Positions 1 to 10,800 of a DNA stretch of 64,000 bases are shown here, one piece after another (the stretch's first letter is position 1; every line of letters starts with the position of its first letter). The stretch is taken from the IMG/VR virus record IMGVR_UViG_3300009537_004349; one strand, given 5' to 3'. The notes beneath the pieces were generated by a model. It was given only the letters and a program-made list of their open reading frames with translations. It ran no database searches and had not been told where the DNA came from. Made by a program: the position numbers and the translations under genes. Origin of the DNA: a virus. Its lineage: Duplodnaviria; Heunggongvirae; Uroviricota; Caudoviricetes.

Positions 1-808
1 CTTGACCAGCACCAGAATTCATGGACAGTAATGCAGTACCAGATACCATGCTCAATGATGTTGTGTTGATACCTATTCCACTTTGGACAAGTAACGCATC
101 AGACGGTGCAACTTGAGAACCAGCATAGCTTGACCCAATGACAGCCCCGCCGTTTACATCTAGAGTGTTTACGGGAGTTATTGAAAGCCCTATACCCAAT
201 GCATGACTTTGCGTAAGAGTCATAGAGGGATTAGAGTTATTAAAATGAAACTGTAAATTACCAGTAGCATGTTTGTTTCTAATCTGAGCATTACCGCTAT
301 TATCTATCCAGTATTGTTGCACAGCATCTGTTAAGTCTGACCTAAATAGTTGCATAAGCCATGGTGAGCCATCATCAGCGTAAACATTAATTATACTACC
401 TATTGCACTTGGCCTATCGTTAACCTCTAATATAGCACTGCCGGGTGTAGTATTAATTGCAACGGTAGCATCACTGGATAAAGCTAATGAATGAGTTGCT
501 CTATCCCAATACATATCATTGTCCCCAGCTATTACATTATCTCCCACAAAGAAAGCCAGATATCCGTCACCAGCAACAAAGCCCGATGGTTGAGCCACAC
601 TTCCGCCCCCACCAGCCTCATTAGTTATTTGAGTCCAAGTTGGTACAGTATCAATTAAAACCCAATATGTGTTGTTATCGAGCTGAACCGCAACTTTGCC
701 TACATCATCTGATGTAACAGACGCACCTGTACGTGCAGCTGTATCAGCATATTCAAAGTTGTGTATTTTGTGAATATCACCAGGATTTAAATCTAGGTGC
801 AGTGGCAT
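1..808 (-). CDS. Tail fibre-like protein, N-terminal part (runs off window edge); paralog of 851..7408
   Basis: Not in ORF track. ATG at 808 with GGAG SD; open to window edge. MPLHLDLNPGDIHKIHNFEYADTAARTGASV matches the N-terminus of 851..7408; contains AGDGYLAFFVGDNVIAGDNDMYWDR module. Confidence 0.85.
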   Translation of the reverse strand, partial: MPLHLDLNPGDIHKIHNFEYADTAARTGASVTSDDVGKVAVQLDNNTYWVLIDTVPTWTQITNEAGGGGSVAQPSGFVAGDGYLAFFVGDNVIAGDNDMYWDRATHSLALSSDATVAINTTPGSAILEVNDRPSAIGSIINVYADDGSPWLMQLFRSDLTDAVQQYWIDNSGNAQIRNKHATGNLQFHFNNSNPSMTLTQSHALGIGLSITPVNTLDVNGGAVIGSSYAGSQVAPSDALLVQSGIGINTTSLSMVSGTALLSMNSGAGQ

Positions 809-850
809 AACTATCTCCTAAGAGAAAGCTACAACTTACACATTAATAGC

Positions 851-3800
851 TTATTTCTTTGTTTCCTCAATGTTATCTAATCTTCCTTTCAAGATTTCGT
901 TTTCTCTTTTTAATTCCTTAACAGCTTCAATTAATAATGGCACTAGTTGTTCATACTCTAAACTCTTATATTCTTTATTATCATTAACAGCTTCTGGTAC
1001 AACTTTTTCAATCTCTTGGGCTATAACCCCCAGACGTCTTTGCCCCTCAACTCTATTTGAATACTCATGAGCTAATTCATTCCATTCATAGTATACGCCT
1101 CTAATAGCAGAAATTTTATTTAAGGCATCACCTATAATCTCTATATTTTGTTTGAGGCGAATATCAGATGGTGCAGTGGTCAGTTGAGTGTCATTTCCAC
1201 TATCATCTATAAAGTGTAATTCAGAATCGGTACCTGTGTATAATTTACCATAACCATCATGATTATCGCCCGGGGCATTATTTTCTTGTATCGCAATAGC
1301 TCCGTTCACCATAAGTGTGGCGACTGGATTGTCACTATTTGGGCCTATACCTAAATTACCAATTCCATCTAATGTAGCTTTAACAAGATTACCTGTCATA
1401 AAACGCAATCTTGTTCCATCCATATAGGTACCAACTATCATACCACCTGTAGCAGTAGAGCCTGAGCGGGTGGTAAATACATTAGCAGCATCAATACCAC
1501 CAATAGTTCCGCTGTAATTACTACCGAACATCTCTATAGCCGATGAAGCTACATCATTTTGTATAAGTATACGGGCCTCGCCGCCTGTAGCAGTACTAGC
1601 ATTTGAAACTCTAAAATCAGTAATACCATCTTGATCCACTTTCACCAATAGTGGTGCTGTAGGAGTGGTAGCACTAGCGCCTATCCCGACTCGCCCAGAT
1701 GAGTCGATAGTTAAGCTAGTACCAGTTTCTACAGCTGTGGTTCCAATCTTGAAGCTATCAGCATCCGAATCATCTACACCTATAGTAAATTTTACAGTGT
1801 CAGCTATTGCCAAACTTATATTTGGATCACCAGATGATCTATTGAGAGTTAACAGGGCGGATGGATCTGTTGAACCTATACCAATATTACCATCATATCT
1901 AATACGCATACGCTCAAATAATCCGCCGCCGTCATTATGATAATTTGCAAATGTGATATCCGATCTGCGATTAGTTGATGTTGCCCATGAACCATTTTGA
2001 TTTGCCTCTACCTGAATATAGGCATGTTCTTGAAATCCTCCTGGCGAAGTAGATATTTGTCCCAAAAATCTAAGTTTGCCCAATACATCTCCTGCCGTTG
2101 ATAGAGGAGATGGAGAAGCTTCAGTTCCACGAGCACTTATAAATTGTACACGAGCAGCAGGCGGATCTTCAAAAGAGCGTAATGATATTGCTGCCGTAGC
2201 ATCATTATATACATTAATTGCGCCCTGAACTTCTAGGGCACTTAGTGGTGCTGTACGACCAATACCAACTGTTCCATCCTGTTGAATCGTAAAGACTTCA
2301 GTATCTGCACCACCAGTTAAATCCGGGTCAGTGATGAAACAGAATCTGTCAGTATTGCCATTGCCTGATAATTCAAACGCCATTGCTCTATTACCAGGGC
2401 CTATAAATCGTCCAGTTTGTACCCCAGTAACAGCATGAGTTGTTTGATTGCCCATAATTTCTATCAAGGCGCCACCATCACCTGATATTCTCAAACCTGA
2501 ATCACCATCACCAACAAATAGGGCTGGGATTGCTCCGCCACCGTCGACATGTAATTTAGCAGTAGGAGTAATGCCTATTCCCACATTTCCAGCAAACTCA
2601 GTGTCCGATGAACTATGGAATGTAGTTCGGCCATCATTATAGAATGATGTGTGTACCGTGTCAGCAGAGCTACCATTTGATGGATCTGTGATAATTGCAA
2701 ATCTATCAGCCGCGCCATTACCGTTTATTTCTACTGCTAGTGACCTAGCACCAGGTCCAAGAATCCTGCCTGCTGGTTCACCTAGCACAGCATGAGTATT
2801 TATATTACCAATTATTTTTGTAAAATTGCTACCTTCACCAAGAATTCGTAATCCAGTCGAGTTTGTGCCTTCAATAGCAGCATCGGTTACAGTTGCATTT
2901 ACATGTAGTGGAAATGCAGGAGAATCTTCATGAATACCTACATTTCCATCGCCAGATACAGTAAATGCTTCGAAATTAACTGGGCCTCCGCTCAATGTTG
3001 TATCAACGCCGATGAAAAACCTATCAGATGTTCCATTGCCTAATACATCAATACCTAAAGATCTATTAGCGGGCGCTTGTATTATAGCAGTTCCGGCTGT
3101 ATCCAGGGCAAGAGGATGATCTACCAAAGGTCCTTGTATTCTTAGAGAATTTCCACCGTCCCCATATACAAGTATAGCATTAGAGTTAGCACCATTAATT
3201 TCTAATGTGCCGCTAGCGCGATTGTAAAATAAATCATTATCGCCAGCTATTTCATTATTGCCAGTAAAGAACGCTACATACCCATCAGCACCAGTAAAGC
3301 CAGAAGTTTTTTGTACGCCACTGCCCGATGCATTAACTGCTCCACTTAATGTGATTTGTATTTGATTGCCTTCATCATCTACATATGCAAGTTCACCAGC
3401 AGAGTCAGTATAAAGTTTGCCGTAGCCATCTTGTGTAGCTGGAACATCAGCTAGCTCTTGTAGCGCAATTGGTCCATTAATCGTAAGTGGCTCAATTGGT
3501 AGTTCAGTACCTATTCCTAAATGACCCAAACTACTCAGAGTCATTCTAGAGATATCATTTGTAATAAAATTGATTGGAACATCACTACCTGTACCAAAAA
3601 CCAATCGGGAGGCATTTGAAGAAGTTCCACTTGGAGTTCTAAATAAAGCCATCCCAGCAGCGTCCCACGTCAGGAATGACGTAGTATTCCCTTTATTGTA
3701 GACACGCCATAACATAGCTGTATCAGCAGTTCTTAGATCTAAATCCATACCGGAATCACCGGTCCCACTATTTCTAAAACGCACTTGATCTATAGTACTA

Positions 3801-6800
3801 TTATGTGTAAAATGGACATTAAGTGGTTTGCCTGTATCAACAAATCCAATACTAGTAAATCCTTCGATCGCTAAACCATCTGTAGGGGCTGCTTGTGATC
3901 CGGCATAAGTGCTGCCGATGGTAGCCGCTCCGCTAATATCTAATTTATTTTGAGGGCTTTGAGTTCCTAGTCCTACATTACCATCACTAACCTGAATATG
4001 TAGACGCGAAGTAGTTCCATTATTATCCATGATATCAAAATCACCAGACGAGTTGATATCAAGATAATAGTTATACCCACCCGTCCTACTTAGGGCTAAT
4101 ATGTGACCACTGCTACTAGAACGAATCTCTGCTCCTTGGACTCCAGTACCAGACATTGATGTTCCGCCGCCAACAATAAGTTTTCCTTCTACTAAAAGTC
4201 CGCTAGTTGGTCCAGCATTTGTACCAGCAAAACTTCCGCCTATTGTTACATTTCCAGCGACATCTAGATTACTTACCGGGTCGGAACTCATAGCTATTCC
4301 AACTTTTGGATTAACTGCCTCCAAATATAACCTTGGGGTTCCGCCATTAGGACCAATAGTTAAATCGGACGTTCCTACTACTTCAAAGTCCCAATCATAA
4401 GATAATGCACGAGATATCCTAAAAGCTTTACCACCTTCAACTGTAGTTCTGCTTTGAAGTTTAGCACCAGCTGTAGTGCCATTGCCACCTATTAGTAACC
4501 CGTTATTTACTCGGTCCCAGAATAAATCGTTATCGCCAGCAATTGAATCAGAACCTGTAAAGAAAGCAACATATCCGTCTGCTCCCTCAGTAGCGGTTAT
4601 CCCTCCGCCGCCAGAAGTCAAGTCGGTCTCAGTACCACTATCATCTCTGAAATAAAGTTTAGAATCAGATGCTTTTACATATAATGTTCCGTATCCATCA
4701 TGATTGCGAGTAATGTCACCAAGCTCTTGCAATGACAAGGCTCCAGATACTGTAAGTGCTTCGTGCGGATAGTCGGTATTAATTCCAATTAGTCCAGTTT
4801 TATCTACAGTAAGAACACTATTACCTGTAGTGGCATTTCTGAATTTAGCCTTAGAGTTAAAATCTCCAGGGGGTAGATTGAAATGTATTGCTTCATATCC
4901 ATCAATTGCATTATAGCTGCCCATTTGGATTGCATTAAAATCAAGAGTAGTAGATGATTGTGCTGGAAATACCAGCGTAGTCATTACACCATGTGCACCT
5001 ATAGTGTTCTGGTTTGGATTATCATCTACTGTATGAGTAAATGATGCGCTGGTGTTCACAACAACTGTGGATATAAATGCCGCCTCTTGATCAGTATCAC
5101 CACCCAATGTAGTCTCGGCACTACTCTCAATAATGGTTTCGTCTGAAGTAGAGGCTGATGCGGTATCTATTACAACATTAGATGCTGTAGTTTGGAATGA
5201 TATGTAAGACAATACCAAATCACCCACACCAGCAGCATTAACCGTGGCACCAGTCATTGGGTCAAACGCCCAATCAGTGGAATCAATTCCTATGTCACTA
5301 TCCTGTGAGCTTACACCTTGTACCTCTACTACAGAATAATGGTCGTTGGTGGTAATTGAATCTGTTGTGGTAACTGTTATGCTTTGGCTTGGGCTAGCTG
5401 AAGTAACAGTTCCTATCCAAACTTCTGTAGCATAATTAGTACTATTTTCTGTACGACTTCGCAATGACCACGACACACCGCTTTGAGTGATGGAAACAAC
5501 ATCAGAGGTGGTAAGGTCAAACCCTGCCCCTAATACTAAGAATGAGCCAGCACTTATGGGACTATCTAGAGAGAAAGTAGTATCAACGCTACCATCAGAT
5601 CTTGCTGCGACTTTGCTTTGTGCCACGCCAGGAGCTATTTCTATTTGTGTTTTTAGTGATACCGCACCAGACAGACCATCTAATTTTAGATTTCCTTCAT
5701 CCGCTATGATATCTCCAGTTTGGGCAATAATACTACCAACTGCATTTAATGTATTAGGATATGTATTATTTAGAAATCCATTCAGAGTGATTTGGGAATT
5801 ATTACTATTATCATCTACAAAATTCAATTCCCCATTAGAATCCACCCAAAGCTTTCCGAATGTTCCCTCGCTTGTTGGTTGTGAACCTTCAGCTATAGCT
5901 ATCGCATCTCCCACAGTAAGCAGTTCTGCAGATGGACTTCCTGAACCAATGGTAAACAAACCGTCATTGGTTAATGACACCAAGGTTGCACTAGTATTGC
6001 TTAGTATATTGAAGCCTGCTGTGCCCCCTGATGGTGGAAGTTGTAATTCTAAATCGTCGTTAATTGAGTTGACTTTCAAAGCCGTGAACTCTACGTCCTG
6101 GCCACCAGCTGGAGCAAACACCATAGTATACATAGTACCATGTGCGCCAATAGTGTTTTGGTTTGGATTATCATCCACAGTATGTGTAAAAGACCCAGCA
6201 TCATTTTCTATAACCGTGTACACGAATGCTGCTTCTACACTTGTTGTACCTATAGTTTGCTCGGCACTTATTTCTATGTTTGTGGTATCTCCATTTGATG
6301 CCGTTGCAGTATCTATAATTGAGGAACTGTTTGTCTGTGTAAACGCTATAAAAGAAACAATCACATCACCTACATCAAACGTAGTGACCGAAGAACCAGT
6401 CATTGGATCGAATGCCCAGTCTTTATTCTGAAAGTTAGAATCTACTACTGTAGGATTTATGCCTTGAAATTCTACAGCAGTAATGTTATCACTAGTGGTG
6501 TTCCAGTTACCGCCGCTTAATTCGATAGTAATAGTTGAACCAGGACTCGAACCAACCTCACCAATCCACATATCAGTGCGTCTGGAGCTTTGCACTTGAG
6601 TATCGTGCTGTGACCACGTAACGCCAGTTTGTGTAACACTAGAAACAGTCCTAGAGCTACTGCTAAGATATATACCTAATAAGATAGTATTGCCTGCTTG
6701 TGGTGCAGAGCCTAAGCCGAATACTTTTGTAGCTGAACCACTTTCTCCAATCTCACTATCTGATTGTACAGTAGCAATAGGGTTGTTCACTTGAGTGGTA

Positions 6801-7408
6801 TAATTAATACCGCTGCCTCGTTCTGAAATATTCAGATTTCCGCCACCAAGACTTGTTTTTCCAGTAGCCGGGTTCATTTCCATAAAGGTAGACTCACCTT
6901 GTAAAAATAATAGTCTACCCTCATTTCCAGTAGTGGTGTCTATACCCATACTCCAAGTATAAGACTGTCCAGTTTCGCTAGCTGAACTATGTATATGTAC
7001 ACTACCTGGACCAACATGAAGAGCATGCCATCTTTGAGATGGCGTGCCTAAATCATGAACATTATCTGTTCCTGGAATAATATATCCATCAACTCTTAAT
7101 CGATTATTGTCGCGTTCCCAGAATAAGTCATTATCACCAGCTATAGTATTACTTCCTGTGAAGAAAGCCAAATAGCCGTCAGCACCCTCGGTAGCAGTTA
7201 CTGTGCCACTACCACCACCTCCGCCAAGTTGTAGCCATGTAGGAGCGGTGTCAGTTAGAATGTAATAGGTATCGTCATCTAATTGTCGAGCAACCTTACC
7301 AATATCATAGCCATCTACAGACGCACCTGTACGCTCAGATGCATCAGCATACTCGAAATTGTGAATTCGGTGTATATTGTTTAAACCTAAGTCCTTATGA
7401 TAAGGCAT
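851..7408 (-). CDS. Long tail fibre/spike protein with C-terminal peptidase S74 intramolecular chaperone
   Basis: 2185 aa, G/S/T-rich, repeated GNVG(I/L)GT motifs, three GADGY modules; C-terminus SDIRLKQNI...GVIAQEIEKVVPEAV...YEQLVPLLIEAVKEL is the S74 autocleaving chaperone signature. Confidence 0.85.
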   Translation of the reverse strand: MPYHKDLGLNNIHRIHNFEYADASERTGASVDGYDIGKVARQLDDDTYYILTDTAPTWLQLGGGGGSGTVTATEGADGYLAFFTGSNTIAGDNDLFWERDNNRLRVDGYIIPGTDNVHDLGTPSQRWHALHVGPGSVHIHSSASETGQSYTWSMGIDTTTGNEGRLLFLQGESTFMEMNPATGKTSLGGGNLNISERGSGINYTTQVNNPIATVQSDSEIGESGSATKVFGLGSAPQAGNTILLGIYLSSSSRTVSSVTQTGVTWSQHDTQVQSSRRTDMWIGEVGSSPGSTITIELSGGNWNTTSDNITAVEFQGINPTVVDSNFQNKDWAFDPMTGSSVTTFDVGDVIVSFIAFTQTNSSSIIDTATASNGDTTNIEISAEQTIGTTSVEAAFVYTVIENDAGSFTHTVDDNPNQNTIGAHGTMYTMVFAPAGGQDVEFTALKVNSINDDLELQLPPSGGTAGFNILSNTSATLVSLTNDGLFTIGSGSPSAELLTVGDAIAIAEGSQPTSEGTFGKLWVDSNGELNFVDDNSNNSQITLNGFLNNTYPNTLNAVGSIIAQTGDIIADEGNLKLDGLSGAVSLKTQIEIAPGVAQSKVAARSDGSVDTTFSLDSPISAGSFLVLGAGFDLTTSDVVSITQSGVSWSLRSRTENSTNYATEVWIGTVTSASPSQSITVTTTDSITTNDHYSVVEVQGVSSQDSDIGIDSTDWAFDPMTGATVNAAGVGDLVLSYISFQTTASNVVIDTASASTSDETIIESSAETTLGGDTDQEAAFISTVVVNTSASFTHTVDDNPNQNTIGAHGVMTTLVFPAQSSTTLDFNAIQMGSYNAIDGYEAIHFNLPPGDFNSKAKFRNATTGNSVLTVDKTGLIGINTDYPHEALTVSGALSLQELGDITRNHDGYGTLYVKASDSKLYFRDDSGTETDLTSGGGGITATEGADGYVAFFTGSDSIAGDNDLFWDRVNNGLLIGGNGTTAGAKLQSRTTVEGGKAFRISRALSYDWDFEVVGTSDLTIGPNGGTPRLYLEAVNPKVGIAMSSDPVSNLDVAGNVTIGGSFAGTNAGPTSGLLVEGKLIVGGGTSMSGTGVQGAEIRSSSSGHILALSRTGGYNYYLDINSSGDFDIMDNNGTTSRLHIQVSDGNVGLGTQSPQNKLDISGAATIGSTYAGSQAAPTDGLAIEGFTSIGFVDTGKPLNVHFTHNSTIDQVRFRNSGTGDSGMDLDLRTADTAMLWRVYNKGNTTSFLTWDAAGMALFRTPSGTSSNASRLVFGTGSDVPINFITNDISRMTLSSLGHLGIGTELPIEPLTINGPIALQELADVPATQDGYGKLYTDSAGELAYVDDEGNQIQITLSGAVNASGSGVQKTSGFTGADGYVAFFTGNNEIAGDNDLFYNRASGTLEINGANSNAILVYGDGGNSLRIQGPLVDHPLALDTAGTAIIQAPANRSLGIDVLGNGTSDRFFIGVDTTLSGGPVNFEAFTVSGDGNVGIHEDSPAFPLHVNATVTDAAIEGTNSTGLRILGEGSNFTKIIGNINTHAVLGEPAGRILGPGARSLAVEINGNGAADRFAIITDPSNGSSADTVHTSFYNDGRTTFHSSSDTEFAGNVGIGITPTAKLHVDGGGAIPALFVGDGDSGLRISGDGGALIEIMGNQTTHAVTGVQTGRFIGPGNRAMAFELSGNGNTDRFCFITDPDLTGGADTEVFTIQQDGTVGIGRTAPLSALEVQGAINVYNDATAAISLRSFEDPPAARVQFISARGTEASPSPLSTAGDVLGKLRFLGQISTSPGGFQEHAYIQVEANQNGSWATSTNRRSDITFANYHNDGGGLFERMRIRYDGNIGIGSTDPSALLTLNRSSGDPNISLAIADTVKFTIGVDDSDADSFKIGTTAVETGTSLTIDSSGRVGIGASATTPTAPLLVKVDQDGITDFRVSNASTATGGEARILIQNDVASSAIEMFGSNYSGTIGGIDAANVFTTRSGSTATGGMIVGTYMDGTRLRFMTGNLVKATLDGIGNLGIGPNSDNPVATLMVNGAIAIQENNAPGDNHDGYGKLYTGTDSELHFIDDSGNDTQLTTAPSDIRLKQNIEIIGDALNKISAIRGVYYEWNELAHEYSNRVEGQRRLGVIAQEIEKVVPEAVNDNKEYKSLEYEQLVPLLIEAVKELKRENEILKGRLDNIEETKK
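4970..6770 (-). repeat. Duplicated ~220-aa beta-rich domain inside 851..7408
   Basis: Two copies (~6100-6770 and ~4970-5630) share DWAFDPMTG and SFTHTVDDNPNQNTIGAHG exactly. Confidence 0.9.
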
Positions 7409-7423
7409 TCCTCAACTCCTAAA

Positions 7424-7882
7424 TTAATCTAGGGCTGTAAAGGTGGCGTTGCCGTCATTACTTAATATCAGCGTCCCATCTTCATTTACAATTAACCTTT
7501 CCAGTGTTAGTGCAGGGTCTCTCCAGGTACCCTTACCTGCTGCATCAGAAGTCAACACATATCCATCTACAGGGATACTGCTAGCATCTAATACATTTAA
7601 TCTAAATTCTTGATTATCTCCAGCTTTGTAATTTAAATAGCCATCATTTAGCACATATAATTTGCCGTAACCATCTTCTCCCGCTGGTGCATTACTCTCT
7701 TGTATAGATAAAGGCCCATTTAATGTCAAGCTTTCATTTATTGGAGCTATGGTCCTTAATTTAAGTGTGTTAGTAGTTCTATCCCAATATAGGTCATTAT
7801 CACCAGCTATTTCGGATGGGCCAGTGAAAAAAGCCAAATAACCATCAGCTCCCTGTCTACTAACAAAAGGCGAAAAGGACAT
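7424..7882 (-). CDS. Small fibre-module protein (start and end motifs with almost no insert)
   Basis: 152 aa; GADGYLAFFTGPSEIAGDNDLYWDR followed closely by ESLTLNGPLSIQE..GEDGYGKLY; 1-bp overlap with upstream fibre gene. Confidence 0.75.
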   Translation of the reverse strand: MSFSPFVSRQGADGYLAFFTGPSEIAGDNDLYWDRTTNTLKLRTIAPINESLTLNGPLSIQESNAPAGEDGYGKLYVLNDGYLNYKAGDNQEFRLNVLDASSIPVDGYVLTSDAAGKGTWRDPALTLERLIVNEDGTLILSNDGNATFTALD

Positions 7883-10800
7883 TAGATTCTACCCCACTCA
7901 GTACCACCGTAGGATACAAATGTCCACGCAGTATAGCCTTCCTCAATCTGTACTGACGCGAAACCATCTATTGTATCGCTACCAGTTGTATCGATTGTAA
8001 TTATATTTGTGCTACTTGTTACGTTCTTAATTATAATAGTCGAACCAGTACTACCACTTGCTGTCGGTAATGTGATGGTAAATCCGCCACCAGATGGATC
8101 GGCTCTTACAACTTCGTCGAATGATGCAGAATAAGCCCCGGTCTTGACAGTTGTTATAGTGTATTGCGGTGCCCCGCCTCCTCCACCAGAGGTTAAGTCA
8201 TATTCAGTTCCGGCATCATTAGTGAAATATACTTTTCCGTCCGACTTTGCCCATATACTGCCATAACCATCGTGTGTTCTATCGTAATCGTCTTGTTCCT
8301 CTAATGAAAGAATGCCATTGATAGTGAGCTTTTCGTGCGGAGATTCGGTGCCTATACCCACATCTCCACTTCCATCAATAACCATTTTTACTGATCTAGC
8401 GGTTTCACCATTTGCTGTCGTCTGGAATTGTAGCCTACTACCTTCTCCAGAGCCGCTCCATAATTCAGTTGCCACGCCATCAATACTAATAGCTGTTTGA
8501 AATGATGTAGCATATCCGGCAAATCCCAGGGTGCCTAATAAATCACCAGATTGAATTGCGCTGGGAGAAAGCAATGTGCCACGAGCACTAGCTAAATCAA
8601 ACGTAGAACGAACACCGTTTGTAGAGTAGCTGGTAATAGCTAATTGAGCATTGCCAGTTTCTTCACCATTTTCTCTAGCAATTTCAAGTCCACGAACACG
8701 AGGTGTTGTAGTCCCTATTCCCACACGCCCATGTGAACTATCGCCCTGCCCAGTTAGGTATAAACTGTGGGTTTCCCTATTAAAGAATAAATCGTTATCA
8801 CCTGCTATCTCACCATCACCAGTAAAGAATGCAATATAACCATCAGCTCCAGTAAAACCGGAGGTTTGACTTACATCACCCCCTCCACCGCCAGCTGCAG
8901 TCAAATCATATTCAGTTCCACCATCGTCTCTAAAATAAAGCTTGGAGTCAGAAGATTTTACAAAAACCTTACCATATCCAGCAGTATCTGAGGGGGATGT
9001 TGTTTCTTGCAAACTAACTACGCCGTCCACAGTTAATTTTTCGTTTACAGTGGTGCCTATTCCAACATATCCAGTAGAATTTTGCCCAGTGAGAACTGCC
9101 CCACCACTTGTCCACAATGTGATATCATCAGTACTCTGTTCTCTAAATAGACCGCCGCCGAAAGTAGATGCTGAGCCATCTTTACCAAAAAACTCAAGAC
9201 CGGAATACGAGCCGCCCACTGTTGCTGTAGAGGTAATACGCAATCTACCTGCATTACTAGTATCATCTCTTACTTCCAATACTCTAGCCGGACTGGATGC
9301 GCCTATACCAATACCAACTCCCGTACCAGTTGCCCACATTATATCTGTAGAATCTGCCCTAAACTGAAGGGTATCAGAACTCATCAAATATGATATTTGA
9401 CCTATGGCAGAATTAGCACTATTTACAAAGTTAATTCCAATATTAAGTGTTTGTCCAGGTGAGTTATCCTTGATTCTAAATACCGCATTAACATCATTAG
9501 ATACTGACTCTATCGAAAGAGTATATATGCCAGGGGCACCATTTACTATTTGCAGTGTCGAATCTGGAGTCGATGATCCTATGCCTAGACGATTATTAAC
9601 TCTATCATAGAATAAATCATTATCTCCGGCTATTTCTCCAGCACCAGTCCAGAAGGCTATATAGCCATCTGCACCAGTAAAACCAGAGGTTTGCGAAACA
9701 TCTCCGCCGCCGCCGCCGGTAGTAAGCGACTCCCATGCCCCACTCACTCTGCCTTCAAAATCAGTACCAGTATATCTAATAGTTCCGTTAGTAGTGCCAG
9801 CAGCATCGCCTATAATAATTGCGCCAGAAGTTTCTAGGGATTCAGTAAGTGAAGCTAGACCAGTATTTATTCCCATTCTGCCAGCTTCATCTATACGAAG
9901 GACTGTGCCCATCGCTCCGCTTTGCAAAACTTGTAAGATGAAGTCGCCATCATCCGTATCTACACGGCGTCCAAACATTTGTACATAATCGGTAGGGGAT
10001 GCTGCATCATTGTTGGCAGCAAAGCGCATACCTCCACCAGCACCATTTACTTGAGAATTTCTATGAAGTCGTAATTGAGTTGAGCCATCTTCGCTGATAT
10101 CTAAAGAATCAGAAGGTGATGTCGTGCCTATGCCCAACTTTCCTCCACTCATTAAGTATAAATCGTTAGTTGCTCTATTAAAGAATAGATCATTATCACC
10201 AGCAATCTCACCATCACCAGTAAAGAATGCTATGTATCCATCAGCACCAGTAAAACCAGAGGTTTGGGAAACATTTCCACTTCCACCTGATGCAGTTAAA
10301 TCATAATCAGTGCCAGCATCGTTGGTAAAATAAAGTTTTCCATCTGACTTTGCCCATAGAGAGCCATATCCATCGTGAGTTCTATTATACTCATCTTGCT
10401 CTTGTAATGATATAACGCCATTTATAGTCAATCGTTCATGTGGATCATTGGTCATTAACCCAATATGTCCATTAGTATTTAATATAGTTAATACAGAGTT
10501 AAGAGAACTGGTAGCATCTGGAACAAGTATTAACCTTTGCGCACCAGCAGCCCATGCTTGGTCGGTTTGAGCTATATTCCAGAATCCGCCGCCTTCATCT
10601 GGACTAGTTAATCGTAATTGATAATTTCCACCCTTATGTATATCAAGAGTTTCGCTTGGAGATACTGTTCCTATACCCAAACTACCAGCATCAGTTAGAA
10701 CCATGTGTGCTGGAGAAGCATCCGCAGTACTAAATTGTAAATCGCCTGTGGAGTGCTGATTACGTATCAAAAAGTTTCCAGAGGCATCAAAGAAGGTGAC

